Assembly: GCA_021813145.1 (NCBI GenBank)
Contig: JAKALS010000005.1
Coordinates: 8,022 to 72,021 of the forward strand
Source of the DNA: a bacterium
Lineage (GTDB): Bacteria > Patescibacteriota > Microgenomatia > Levybacterales > UBA12049
Reading direction: 5' to 3'
DNA: 64,000 nucleotides
This document shows, piece by piece, positions 10,604 through 19,607 of this stretch (position 1 is the stretch's first letter; the number at the start of each line of letters is the position of its first letter). A program made the position numbers and the translations under genes. Under the pieces are notes generated by a model. The model was not told the origin of the DNA. It saw nothing but the letters and a program-made list of their open reading frames with translations, and did not search any database.

Positions 10604-11246
10604 GGGTTAGTTTCCCCGTTTTTGTGTTATCGTCGAATATATATTCGTACCCCTTTTTTATGCGGACTATATTGGTATTGAAATTAGTGTCGTTAAAAGC
10701 AAGAGCAGCCGAACCCGAACTAACCGTAATATCCACCCTGGAGCCCTCCTTGTCTACGGTTATATTTGTTTCTCCGCTTTCTACGTTTATCAAAAGGTCA
10801 AGAGCGACGACGCTTAAGGGGATGTTCCCGTTTTTTTGAAAGCTTGCTGTTCCTTGAATTTCGTTTGCTACAAAATCAGCCGGAAGAGTTTGTATGATGG
10901 ATATCTGCGTATTTGAAGATAGGCTAAAACTTCCGATTTTTGGAAATACCACAAAGGCGCTGCCGTTGTTATTTGTATTAATTTCCTCTCCTTGTTCGAT
11001 TTGCCTTGGAGAATTGATTAAAGTTGCAAAATCCGAAGTCCTTCCCTGCCAGGAAACGCTTCCGGACAGACTTGCCACTTCTCCCTTAAGGGATTCATCC
11101 GGAGGGTTTTTAATAGAAAATAGCGTTTTCGGGAAAAAAGGTTTTAATACCTGACTGTTTTGGGGGGCAATCCAAAAGTAGCCGAGTATTATCATAAGAA
11201 GCCCCAGGCAGAAAAAAATTAAAAATAAAAGGATATTTTTATTCAT
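10593..11246 (-). CDS. FecR-like domain membrane protein
   Basis: N-terminal TM; IEQGEEINT...SSNTQI...ITVSSGSA pattern. Confidence 0.55.
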   Translation of the reverse strand: MNKNILLFLIFFCLGLLMIILGYFWIAPQNSQVLKPFFPKTLFSIKNPPDESLKGEVASLSGSVSWQGRTSDFATLINSPRQIEQGEEINTNNNGSAFVVFPKIGSFSLSSNTQISIIQTLPADFVANEIQGTASFQKNGNIPLSVVALDLLINVESGETNITVDKEGSRVDITVSSGSAALAFNDTNFNTNIVRIKKGYEYIFDDNTKTGKLTPIY

Positions 11247-12390
11247 TTTTATAATTAGTCAAAGGATTTAAAATTAAATCCCCTTCGTACCCCAATGCCC
11301 AAAGAGCCAATCCTTCCAGCTGAAAATTATTCGCCATTGTTATTTTTGCCTGCGTAGAAGCTTTATCGGGGTAAAAAATCGTATGAAAATCACCGCTCGT
11401 AGGGTCAAAATAGACAATGTATTTTTCATCTGCCTCTTTGTCAAGAGTAGCGCTGCAGGAAGAGCACGAAGAAATAAGATTTTCCACCCTTTCGTTACTA
11501 GCAACAACTCCGGTTCCGGGGATAATAGCCGATCGGGGTACTTGTCCTAAAGTTTCCCATTCGTATCCGTAAAGAGGAATTCCCAGAACTAATTTTTCCG
11601 GAGGGATTAAATCGAGAGCTTTTTCAACGGCAGATGTTACATCGTATTCCGAACTTATTCCCGCTCCAGAGACAGGAGCCACAGGGCCCGTCACAAAAGA
11701 ACTTGTGGAATGATAATCGTAGGCCATAAGAACAACGTTATTTGCAATTTTTGAAATTGCATTGGGGTCTATTAAATTATTTTTTATTACGTCGGTAGGA
11801 CTTATCTCCACTGTCAGGGTTACTCCGTTTCCCAATTCTCTTTTGACTTCACCGACAAACTTTGTAAAATTTTGCCTTGAAGACGGGGAAGCCTGAGAAG
11901 TATATTCAATGTCAAGATTAATGTCGGAAAACTTATATTTTGCAATAATAGGTTTAAGATCCATAACAAGGTTTTTTGCGTGCGCACCGGGACTTGCGAT
12001 AAGCTCGTTTATGGAATCCACATCCCCGCTTACTATCATAAGAGATAAATTCTCATTATTTTTGAGCGCTTGCGCAAAAAAATTATCAAGTTTCCCGGAA
12101 TTAAGAGCATTCCATCCGGGTTCTTCCTCCTGAGGGTTTAAAAGTTTTTGAATGTTTCCGTTGCCGTCTACTCTCAGCCCGAAATATGCAAGGGTAGTTA
12201 TATATTTTAAATGATTATTATTCTCCTTGTCTAAAAGCCAGTAGGGTAAAAAACCTATTACCATTTTTTTTGGCGCCAGGGGATTTATTATTGCGTTGTC
12301 TGTTTTGGGAACCAGGAAATTAAGAACTATTAGGATTCCTAAACCAACTCCAAGCAATAAGCCGATTACGGCAACTAAAATTTTCTTCAC
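11239..12390 (-). CDS. Glycoside hydrolase family 18 (chitinase/peptidoglycan hydrolase-like)
   Basis: SDINLDIEY catalytic motif, MAYDY, KLVLGIPLYGY, LALWALG. Confidence 0.88.
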   Translation of the reverse strand: MKKILVAVIGLLLGVGLGILIVLNFLVPKTDNAIINPLAPKKMVIGFLPYWLLDKENNNHLKYITTLAYFGLRVDGNGNIQKLLNPQEEEPGWNALNSGKLDNFFAQALKNNENLSLMIVSGDVDSINELIASPGAHAKNLVMDLKPIIAKYKFSDINLDIEYTSQASPSSRQNFTKFVGEVKRELGNGVTLTVEISPTDVIKNNLIDPNAISKIANNVVLMAYDYHSTSSFVTGPVAPVSGAGISSEYDVTSAVEKALDLIPPEKLVLGIPLYGYEWETLGQVPRSAIIPGTGVVASNERVENLISSCSSCSATLDKEADEKYIVYFDPTSGDFHTIFYPDKASTQAKITMANNFQLEGLALWALGYEGDLILNPLTNYKNE

Positions 12391-12410
12391 AATTTATTTT
12401 ACCATTAAAA

Positions 12411-12818
12411 TTATAGAAGATTTGCTATCGTGCCTCTGAGGCTCTGAACGCTGTAGTATGTGGCAAAGAAAAAAATTAAAGCAAGAGCTTCGTTGGTTAA
12501 AAATAAAAAATCGAATAAAGAGTCCCCGGAAAGATAAATCTGTACGGCCGAATACTGAAAAATAATAAAACCGCCCATAGAAAGAAGGGTATCTAAAAAG
12601 TCTACATATCTGTCTTTAGGACTAGTCATTCCCGCAAATATCGCAATGCCCAGGATTATAAGAATAGATAAAGAAAGCGGAATAGGAAGCTCTTTATGGA
12701 CGAAAGGAAGATCCAAAATCATTATTATACCTGCTACTATAAATAATTTTCTGACATTGTCCTCTGTAGCCGGAAGCAATTTTTTCCCGTAGTTAAAAAT
12801 ATCTACATGGTTTGCCAT
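12411..12818 (-). CDS. Hypothetical 4-TM membrane protein
   Basis: Hydrophobic ORF with TTGACA/TATACT promoter upstream. Confidence 0.65.
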   Translation of the reverse strand: MANHVDIFNYGKKLLPATEDNVRKLFIVAGIIMILDLPFVHKELPIPLSLSILIILGIAIFAGMTSPKDRYVDFLDTLLSMGGFIIFQYSAVQIYLSGDSLFDFLFLTNEALALIFFFATYYSVQSLRGTIANLL

Positions 12819-12853
12819 TGGCTTAAGTATAGTCTTAAATAATTAATTGTCAA

Positions 12854-12940
12854 TTAATTGTGTAAGGTTCCTCTTCTTGGGCCTCTTTTTCTTTTTGCAA
12901 ATTGGCCTTTGCCGAGAGTTTTTCTTTTTGATTTAGCCAT
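12854..12940 (-). CDS. Unannotated 28-aa highly basic peptide MAKSKRKTLGKGQFAKRKRGPRRGTLHN
   Basis: Perfect SD AAGGAGGT 4 nt before ATG; TGnTAGAAT extended -10 upstream; translated by hand. Confidence 0.6.
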   Translation of the reverse strand: MAKSKRKTLGKGQFAKRKRGPRRGTLHN

Positions 12941-13005
12941 TGTTACCTCCTTATTACATTCTATCATGTAAAAGCATCCTTTTATAAGGGGTGTATAATT
13001 TAGAC

Positions 13006-13491
13006 ATGGAAGATGAAGAGTTGAGACGGCAGCTTATAAGCCTTTTAAAAGGCGGGAATGCGCACATGACTTTTGACGAAGCTGTTTCAGATTTCCCTGA
13101 AGATAAAATAAATACCATTTTTACAAATGGGGATTATTCTTTCTGGCATTTGCTTGAACATATAAGAAGAACTCAAAATGATATTTTGGAGTTTATACAA
13201 AACCCCAAGTACGAGGAAAAAGAATGGCCAAAAGATTACTGGCCCGAAAAGTCCCGGAAAGCGACCAAAAAAGACTGGGAAAAAACAATAGAGTTTTTCC
13301 ATAGGGACCGGGAAGAATTGGCGAAGATAATAAATGATAAAAAGACGGATTTATTCAAAAAAATTCCCTGGGGAGACGGACAGAATATTGTCCGCGAAAT
13401 ACAAACCGTTTCTGACCATAATTCTTATCACATAGGGGAATTTGCAATCATGAGGCAGGTTCTAAAAACCTGGGGCAAGGGTCATAACTAG
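13006..13491 (+). CDS. DinB/YfiT superfamily protein (possible thiol S-transferase)
   Basis: WHLLEHI...SDHNSYHIGE metal-binding His pattern. Confidence 0.85.
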   Translation: MEDEELRRQLISLLKGGNAHMTFDEAVSDFPEDKINTIFTNGDYSFWHLLEHIRRTQNDILEFIQNPKYEEKEWPKDYWPEKSRKATKKDWEKTIEFFHRDREELAKIINDKKTDLFKKIPWGDGQNIVREIQTVSDHNSYHIGEFAIMRQVLKTWGKGHN

Positions 13492-15411
13492 CTAAAGCGA
13501 TTTATATTTTATAAGTTCCTGCAATAGTTTTTCCATATTAATTTTAGCTGCTCCCGTAACGGAATCGCCGGCACCGTAATATACAAAAAGATCGTTATTC
13601 AGGATTACTGCTCCGCATACAAAAACAACATTTGCAACCTGGCCGCTTTTTTCGTATTCCATTTCCGGAGAAAGAAGTGGATAATCAAGTCTTGAAATTA
13701 CTTTGGATGGATCATTCCTGTCCAAAAGGGCGGCCCCTATTTTGTAATAGCGCCCGTTTGAAATACCGTGGTAAATAAGCAGCCAACCCTCTTCTGTTTC
13801 AATCGGCGTAGCGCCTATTCCTATTTTACCGTTATCCCATTTATCAATTCTGGGACCCATAAGGATTTGCCCCAAAAGATATCCGTTTTCAAAATTTAAG
13901 TTATCAACATAATCTATCTCTATTTTTTCGTTAAGTCTGTGGAATACGACATATTTATTGTTTATTTTTTTGGGTAAAATACATGAGTCTTTGTCATCGA
14001 TCCCGGGCGGGGAAATGAGTTTTGGCGTTTCAAAATTCCAATTTTTATTCAAAAAATCCGATACTTTTATGGAAGTTAAAGCAACCCTCGGGGGATTTTC
14101 TCCGTCGTAAGCGGTATAACAGATATAGTATTTATCGTCTATTTTTGTAATCCTCGGATCTTCGCAGCCCGAATTGCCCGGTTTCTTCTTTTTTTCAAAT
14201 TCTTCTCTCGGTGTATAGATAGGCTCTGCAAGCCTTTGGTCTATCCTGAATCCGTCAATGCTTTCGGCGTATCCAAAAACGGATGTATTGTCGTCGGACA
14301 TAGCCCTGTAGATTATATGAACTTTTCCGTTTTCAAAAATTGCCGCCGGGTTATACGTAGCCCTTGATTCCCACGGATGATTTTTTAAGGGGGAAATTAT
14401 GGGATTTTCGGAATATCTTTCAAGCTTTATATTTTTTTCCTCATCCGGTTTTGTTATGGAGAATTCCTTTGAAAATTCAAGAAAATCATACTTTGCAAGG
14501 CAACAGGTTGTATCGGCCGCTCCGTAATAGACAAAAAGCTCGTTATCTGCAATGAGCGTACCCGAAGGAAAGACTATATTTGGGACATTCCCGTAGAGCT
14601 CATAACTTTTTTCCGGGGTTAAAAGTGGATCAGTTGTCCTCCAGATTATTTCGGAAGGATTTTCGGTGTCCATTAAAAGGGCCTCTATTCCGAAAATCTT
14701 TGAGCTAGAAAAATAATTTCTTATGTAAGAATATATTAAAAGCCATCCTTCTTTTGTTTTCACCGGAGGAGCGCCGACTTCTATTTGATCCCTTGAGTCT
14801 CTTTGCAGGGAAAGGGTGTGGTCGTTTAGGTAAGAATACCATTTATTCCAATATTCCTCTGACCAAATTTCTTCCAGGCTATCAAAGTACGCGATACAAA
14901 TTTTTGCCGGGGGCCTGTCGGTATTAACGGTAAGTATAGCCGCGTATTTTCCGTTAATCTTTTCCGGAAAAAGAGACATCGCTTTTGCGTTAAAAGGAGT
15001 CACCAGATGTTTTTCTTCTATTTTTTTAAAATCGCTTGTGATAGCCAGACCCACTTTAATTCCCGATGCCTGAAAAGGATAAGAAGACAGGGCTGTGTAG
15101 AAAATAAAATATTTCCCTTCAATTTTTGTAACCCTGGGGTCCTCGCATCCGAAGATTTCCCATTTTTCCTCGGGTTTTATAAGTTGCATATGATCTGAAA
15201 AATGAATACCGTCATAACTTTTGGCATATCCGATTGAAGATAACTGCATCTTGTTGCCTTTATAATTTATCGTGTTCGTTTGAGCTCTGTAAACCATATG
15301 AAAATCATTATCTTTTATGCAGCAACCGTTGAATGCGGATTTTTCTTCCCATGGATTATTGATATTAGGAGTTAATATGGGATTTTCGGGTATTCTTTGA
15401 AGGTTAATCAT
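13492..15411 (-). CDS. Tandem two-domain GH130-like glycosidase/phosphorylase
   Basis: Two copies of ENPI, GCEDPR and NxVF..G...YYGAxD. Confidence 0.88.
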   Translation of the reverse strand: MINLQRIPENPILTPNINNPWEEKSAFNGCCIKDNDFHMVYRAQTNTINYKGNKMQLSSIGYAKSYDGIHFSDHMQLIKPEEKWEIFGCEDPRVTKIEGKYFIFYTALSSYPFQASGIKVGLAITSDFKKIEEKHLVTPFNAKAMSLFPEKINGKYAAILTVNTDRPPAKICIAYFDSLEEIWSEEYWNKWYSYLNDHTLSLQRDSRDQIEVGAPPVKTKEGWLLIYSYIRNYFSSSKIFGIEALLMDTENPSEIIWRTTDPLLTPEKSYELYGNVPNIVFPSGTLIADNELFVYYGAADTTCCLAKYDFLEFSKEFSITKPDEEKNIKLERYSENPIISPLKNHPWESRATYNPAAIFENGKVHIIYRAMSDDNTSVFGYAESIDGFRIDQRLAEPIYTPREEFEKKKKPGNSGCEDPRITKIDDKYYICYTAYDGENPPRVALTSIKVSDFLNKNWNFETPKLISPPGIDDKDSCILPKKINNKYVVFHRLNEKIEIDYVDNLNFENGYLLGQILMGPRIDKWDNGKIGIGATPIETEEGWLLIYHGISNGRYYKIGAALLDRNDPSKVISRLDYPLLSPEMEYEKSGQVANVVFVCGAVILNNDLFVYYGAGDSVTGAAKINMEKLLQELIKYKSL

Positions 15412-17251
15412 TGTGTTTATATACAGGGACCGTTTTAAAGTTTTTTTCAAGTTCCAAATAGCCGGATTTTTTCAATCCTGTCAAAAGTTCGTCTAAATCC
15501 TTTGAAGCGACGCATAGAAATTTATCCGCCCCTCCGTAATAAACATATAAAATATCCTTAATGAGAGCCGCACCGCAGGGATAAGCCACCCCTGCCTTAT
15601 AACCTTCGTTTTCGTATTTATCGGTAGGCTCGAGTATGGGCCTTTTCGTCCTGTAAAGGACTTTTGTCGGATCATTAAGGTCCAAAAGCATCGCGCCTAT
15701 TTTGTATTTTGAATCGTCTTTGTCATCAACAGCATGGTATATTAAAAGCCATCCTTCTTTAGTCTTAATGGGAGGCGGTCCTGCCCCGACTTTTCTGCTG
15801 TCCCAACCGTCTGTAGTAGGTTCAATTTTATATTCGCCTTTTAAGTATGAACCTTTTTTAAAGTCCAAATCCTCCACGAAATCAATCAGGATATTGGGGA
15901 AAATTCTGTGGAGGAAAGTATATTTTCCGTTAATTTTCTCCGGAAATAAAACGGCATTTTTATCTACCACGCCGGGTTTTGAAATAATTTTGGGTTTTTT
16001 CCATTTCCAATTTTTATTGAGAAAATCTTTTCTTTTTATGGAGGTTAATGCAACTCGCGGCGGGTCAAATCCGTTAAAAGCGACATAAGTCATATAAATA
16101 GTATCATCTATTCTTGTAAGTCTCGGGTCTTCGCAGCCCCCGTATCCTCCGCCGGACATATAATTTGCAACAGCTTCCATGCCGTTTGAGTATTCGAACG
16201 GTTCGCTTGGGAGATATGCAGGCTGATCGAGCCTTTCATCTATATTTAAACCGTCCTTACTTGATGCATAACCAAGTACGGAAATATTATTGTCTCCCAT
16301 AGCTCTATAAAGAAAATGCACCTTTCCGTTGTCGTTTAAGGCGGCAGAATTGAATGTCGCCTGTGATTCCCAAAAATGTTCCATAACGGGTTTTATGATA
16401 GGATTTTTAAAATGTTTTTTTAATAGCGGGTGCTTAACAGACGCCTTATTGAGAAGCTCTTTGATAAAATTTTTAAAATGAACGGTGTATACGAATTTTT
16501 GCTCCGAAGAAAAATATAAGAAAAGATCATTTTTTAATATCGCCGCCCCCAGGGGATATATTTTTTTATCCTTAAGTTCTTTTTTGGGCTCCCATACCGG
16601 CTCTTCATTTCTCCAAATAAGTTTTTCCGGATATTTTTTGTCAAACAGCGCCGCTCCTATCAGGTATCTCCCCCCGCTTCTATCGGGAACATTAACGGAA
16701 TAAAAAACTAAAATACCCTGCTTTTCGTTAAATACGCTCAAAATCTTAAGCGGAAAGCTGTCAAAAGAACGGACTTTCGGCTTTAAAACCTCCCGTGTAT
16801 TTTGAAAATTCTTTAAATCCTTCGAGAAAGATACTTTTATTGTTTCCTCTCCCAGGTAAAATACATACATATTTTTATGTTTAAATTGAGGAGCCATCAT
16901 TGCCGTTTCCGTCAGGGGTAATTTTGAAGCTTTATTCCACAAAACAAGATCTTTGGATACCGCTATAAAAACATCTTTTTTCCCGTTGTGGTTCTTGATA
17001 TATGTAAGAAAATATTCTTCTTTGTTTTTTGATATTCTAAAATCGTTTAATCTTGAACTTTCTTCTTTTTTCCCTTTCGCGGTTATTATTGAAGGATTAT
17101 TTGGGTATAGCTTGAACTTAATACCGTTTCGGCTTTGGGCCAGCCTTAAAGTTTCTTTGGAGTAACCGTATAAATTGAGATAGATAAAGATATTTTTTTT
17201 ATCCTGAAGTATCCCTAAATCACGGTTGTCTAAAGGAATACTGTTATTCAT
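15404..17251 (-). CDS. GH130-like glycosidase with degenerate N-terminal repeat
   Basis: C-terminal half has ATFNSAA, GCEDPRL, DKNAVLFPE, YYGGAD; N-terminal half lacks EDPR. Confidence 0.85.
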   Translation of the reverse strand: MNNSIPLDNRDLGILQDKKNIFIYLNLYGYSKETLRLAQSRNGIKFKLYPNNPSIITAKGKKEESSRLNDFRISKNKEEYFLTYIKNHNGKKDVFIAVSKDLVLWNKASKLPLTETAMMAPQFKHKNMYVFYLGEETIKVSFSKDLKNFQNTREVLKPKVRSFDSFPLKILSVFNEKQGILVFYSVNVPDRSGGRYLIGAALFDKKYPEKLIWRNEEPVWEPKKELKDKKIYPLGAAILKNDLFLYFSSEQKFVYTVHFKNFIKELLNKASVKHPLLKKHFKNPIIKPVMEHFWESQATFNSAALNDNGKVHFLYRAMGDNNISVLGYASSKDGLNIDERLDQPAYLPSEPFEYSNGMEAVANYMSGGGYGGCEDPRLTRIDDTIYMTYVAFNGFDPPRVALTSIKRKDFLNKNWKWKKPKIISKPGVVDKNAVLFPEKINGKYTFLHRIFPNILIDFVEDLDFKKGSYLKGEYKIEPTTDGWDSRKVGAGPPPIKTKEGWLLIYHAVDDKDDSKYKIGAMLLDLNDPTKVLYRTKRPILEPTDKYENEGYKAGVAYPCGAALIKDILYVYYGGADKFLCVASKDLDELLTGLKKSGYLELEKNFKTVPVYKHND

Positions 17252-17326
17252 AAAGGCAGTTTTAGGTATCCTGAATTTGCGGGTACTATAATTATACTAA
17301 TGCAACTACATATTTGAGTCAAGAAT

Positions 17327-17380
17327 TTTACCTCTTTCTTACAAGATTTTTCCCCTCTTTAAATATTCTGTTTTTATACT
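17327..17380 (+). promoter_or_regulatory. Triple direct-repeat box plus -10 (copy 2)
   Basis: TTTAC 17327, CTTAC 17338, TTTCC 17349; TATACT at 17375. Confidence 0.6.
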
Positions 17381-17400
17381 CGCTGTTAAGAAGGTGTAGT

Positions 17401-17694
17401 ATGGAAAGCGGTAAAAAGAAAATAGGCACAAAAAATGTCGTCGCTGCGGTAGCGGGAGCTTTGGTGGGAGCGGGTATCGGAGCAGCCACCACAAAAACAC
17501 TTTCCGATAAAAAGACAAGGAAAAGAGTATCGGTGATACTGGACGGATTAAAAAATCAGATAATTGATTCTTTGGATTTGGCTAAGGAGAAGGCCGAAGA
17601 CAAAACGGATGGTACAAAAGAAAAATTTGATGAAAAAAAAGAATCCGTTAAAAAAACATTGAACTCCAAGGCGGAAGACAAAACTAGGTCTTAA
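17401..17694 (+). CDS. YtxH-like general stress protein
   Basis: AAVAGALVGAGIGAA Gly-zipper followed by a charged helical tail; SD-like AAGGTG. Confidence 0.6.
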   Translation: MESGKKKIGTKNVVAAVAGALVGAGIGAATTKTLSDKKTRKRVSVILDGLKNQIIDSLDLAKEKAEDKTDGTKEKFDEKKESVKKTLNSKAEDKTRS

Positions 17695-18844
17695 ATTTTG
17701 TAAAAAAGACAAGTAAAATAATAGCCGTAAAAGAAATTAATGAGCCAAAGAAAAAGGGAGCGGAGGGATTTATCCTGTCCCATAAAAAGCCTGCTGCAAA
17801 GCTTGCGGGTAGGGTCATGAGCCCTACGGAAGCATTATATATTCCATAACCTCTTCCTCTGTTGTTCTGGGGTACCAAATCTGCAATAAACGCTTTTGCG
17901 ACTCCTTCTGTTGTGGCGTAGTAAATTCCGTAAAAAGCGAAAAGAAACCAAATTTCTAAAGAGTTATTTGCGAGTCCGAAACCCAAATAAGAAAGCCCAT
18001 AACAGAGCCAACCCAGTATTATTACTTTCTCTCTCCCTATTTTATCCGAAAGGCTTCCCAAGGGAATTGAAAAAGATGCATAAACAAAATTAAAAAGAGC
18101 AAAAACAAGAGGGATTGCAAGAAGAGTAACCCCTACGTTCTGAGCTCTTAAAATGAGAAATGTATCGGAAGAGTTCCCCAAAGAAAAGAGAAGAACAATA
18201 AAAAGGAACATATAATATTTTAGGGAAAGGCCTTTCGTTGTATTTTGCCCTACGTCTTTTGTTATCGGCACTTCTTTTACAAAAAAACTTAAAATGGTCA
18301 AAGTAAAAATAAGGGGGATTGCCGTTATAAAGAAAATATAATGATATTTAAGAGAATTGTTGGATAAAAAATAAAGGAGTACAAAAAGCAAAATAGGTCC
18401 CGCAACGGAGCCGAAGGTGTCCAAAGCCCTTACTATGCCAAATCCTCTGCCCCTTTTTTCGCTTTCGGTCGAGCCCGCTATTAATGCATCTTTTGGCGTA
18501 TCCTTAATTCCTTTTCCTACTCCGTCTAAAAATCTCAAAAATATTACCCCAAAGTAGGAAGTGAATACCGCAAGCAGCGGTCTTGAAACCATTGACAGAA
18601 AGTATCCCAAAAAAACGACGGACTTATTTTTTCCGAATTTGTCTATTATGAATCCCGCTGCAAGTTTAAAAATACTGGCGCTACTTGTCACGAGGCCTTC
18701 GGCAAGGCCAATAAATTCTTTGTCGAATTTTAAAACATTTGCCAGATAAAGGGGAAGTATGGGAATAAAAATATCCTGGCTTATGCCGCCGAAAAAACTT
18801 AAGAGGCCTACGAAAAACACATTTTCCGGGAGTTTTTTCTTCAT
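17684..18844 (-). CDS. MFS transporter
   Basis: ~12 TM; DKFGKNK and GSLSDKIGRE motif A. Confidence 0.9.
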   Translation of the reverse strand: MKKKLPENVFFVGLLSFFGGISQDIFIPILPLYLANVLKFDKEFIGLAEGLVTSSASIFKLAAGFIIDKFGKNKSVVFLGYFLSMVSRPLLAVFTSYFGVIFLRFLDGVGKGIKDTPKDALIAGSTESEKRGRGFGIVRALDTFGSVAGPILLFVLLYFLSNNSLKYHYIFFITAIPLIFTLTILSFFVKEVPITKDVGQNTTKGLSLKYYMFLFIVLLFSLGNSSDTFLILRAQNVGVTLLAIPLVFALFNFVYASFSIPLGSLSDKIGREKVIILGWLCYGLSYLGFGLANNSLEIWFLFAFYGIYYATTEGVAKAFIADLVPQNNRGRGYGIYNASVGLMTLPASFAAGFLWDRINPSAPFFFGSLISFTAIILLVFFTKFKT

Positions 18845-18860
18845 GAGCCAATTATACTCT

Positions 18861-19565
18861 TTAGAGGATTTCTTTTTCCGCCATGAGTTGGAAAGATTCG
18901 TATTTGAACTGGTTTTTGTCAATTCTTTTTAAAAATCTTTCCCAGTCTTTATTCTGGGTTTTATGTTCCTTTAAAGCCTTTATTTTCTTATCCATTGTTT
19001 TTTCTATATCTACAAAAGTCGTTATGTTTTTATCCGCGGTTCCCCTCACTTTACCGAAAGCGTTGTAATCCAACCCCTGTTTCTCGAATCTTTTTACAGA
19101 GGTTCTTGGCATTGCGGTGTGATATAGCCGGGTATGTTTTTTAACAGTGTCTTTATATTTTAAATAAACGTTTGTAGCAGCCCTTCCGATTGCTTTGTGG
19201 TCGGGATGATTGGAGCCTCCGGTTTTATCGAAGGTTATTACCACATCCGGTTTTTCCTTTTTGAATATCCCGAATATTTTATTTTCCAACTCTTTATTTC
19301 TTGCATACCTTAATTTTCCGTCAATGTACCCCAAAAAAAAGATTTCCGATATTCCTAAAATTTTTGCAGCGCGTCTCAACTCCTGTTCCCTTACGCCTGG
19401 TAATTTATCCACAGTCGTAATCGGCGGTGTTCCGGGAAGTCCTGCTTCACCTCTGGTTGCTGTTATGAGTTTTACGGTATGTTTTTCCGAGGTTAATTTT
19501 GCTATTGTCCCGCCGCTGGAAAAAGTTTCGTCGTCCGGATGTGCAAAAACCAATAAAAGTTTCAT
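18861..19565 (-). CDS. PIG-L family N-acetylglucosaminyl deacetylase (MshB/BshB-like)
   Basis: AHPDDE, ATRGEAG, REQEL, HPDH, ALKEHKTQ. Confidence 0.9.
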   Translation of the reverse strand: MKLLLVFAHPDDETFSSGGTIAKLTSEKHTVKLITATRGEAGLPGTPPITTVDKLPGVREQELRRAAKILGISEIFFLGYIDGKLRYARNKELENKIFGIFKKEKPDVVITFDKTGGSNHPDHKAIGRAATNVYLKYKDTVKKHTRLYHTAMPRTSVKRFEKQGLDYNAFGKVRGTADKNITTFVDIEKTMDKKIKALKEHKTQNKDWERFLKRIDKNQFKYESFQLMAEKEIL

Positions 19566-19607
19566 AGACAAAGATTATACAACTTGTTGTAAAATAAAAA
19601 AACGGTT
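19566..19607. promoter_or_regulatory. Compact bidirectional promoter
   Basis: TACAAC-TT-GTTGTA palindrome (19578-19591) with TAAAAT (+) and TATAAT (-) back to back. Confidence 0.6.

Noticed and set aside
12826-12866. Extra copy of the CTTAC box upstream of the 12818 gene
   Set aside because: Spacing is 35 nt, no 11-bp partner, and a normal TTGACA is present
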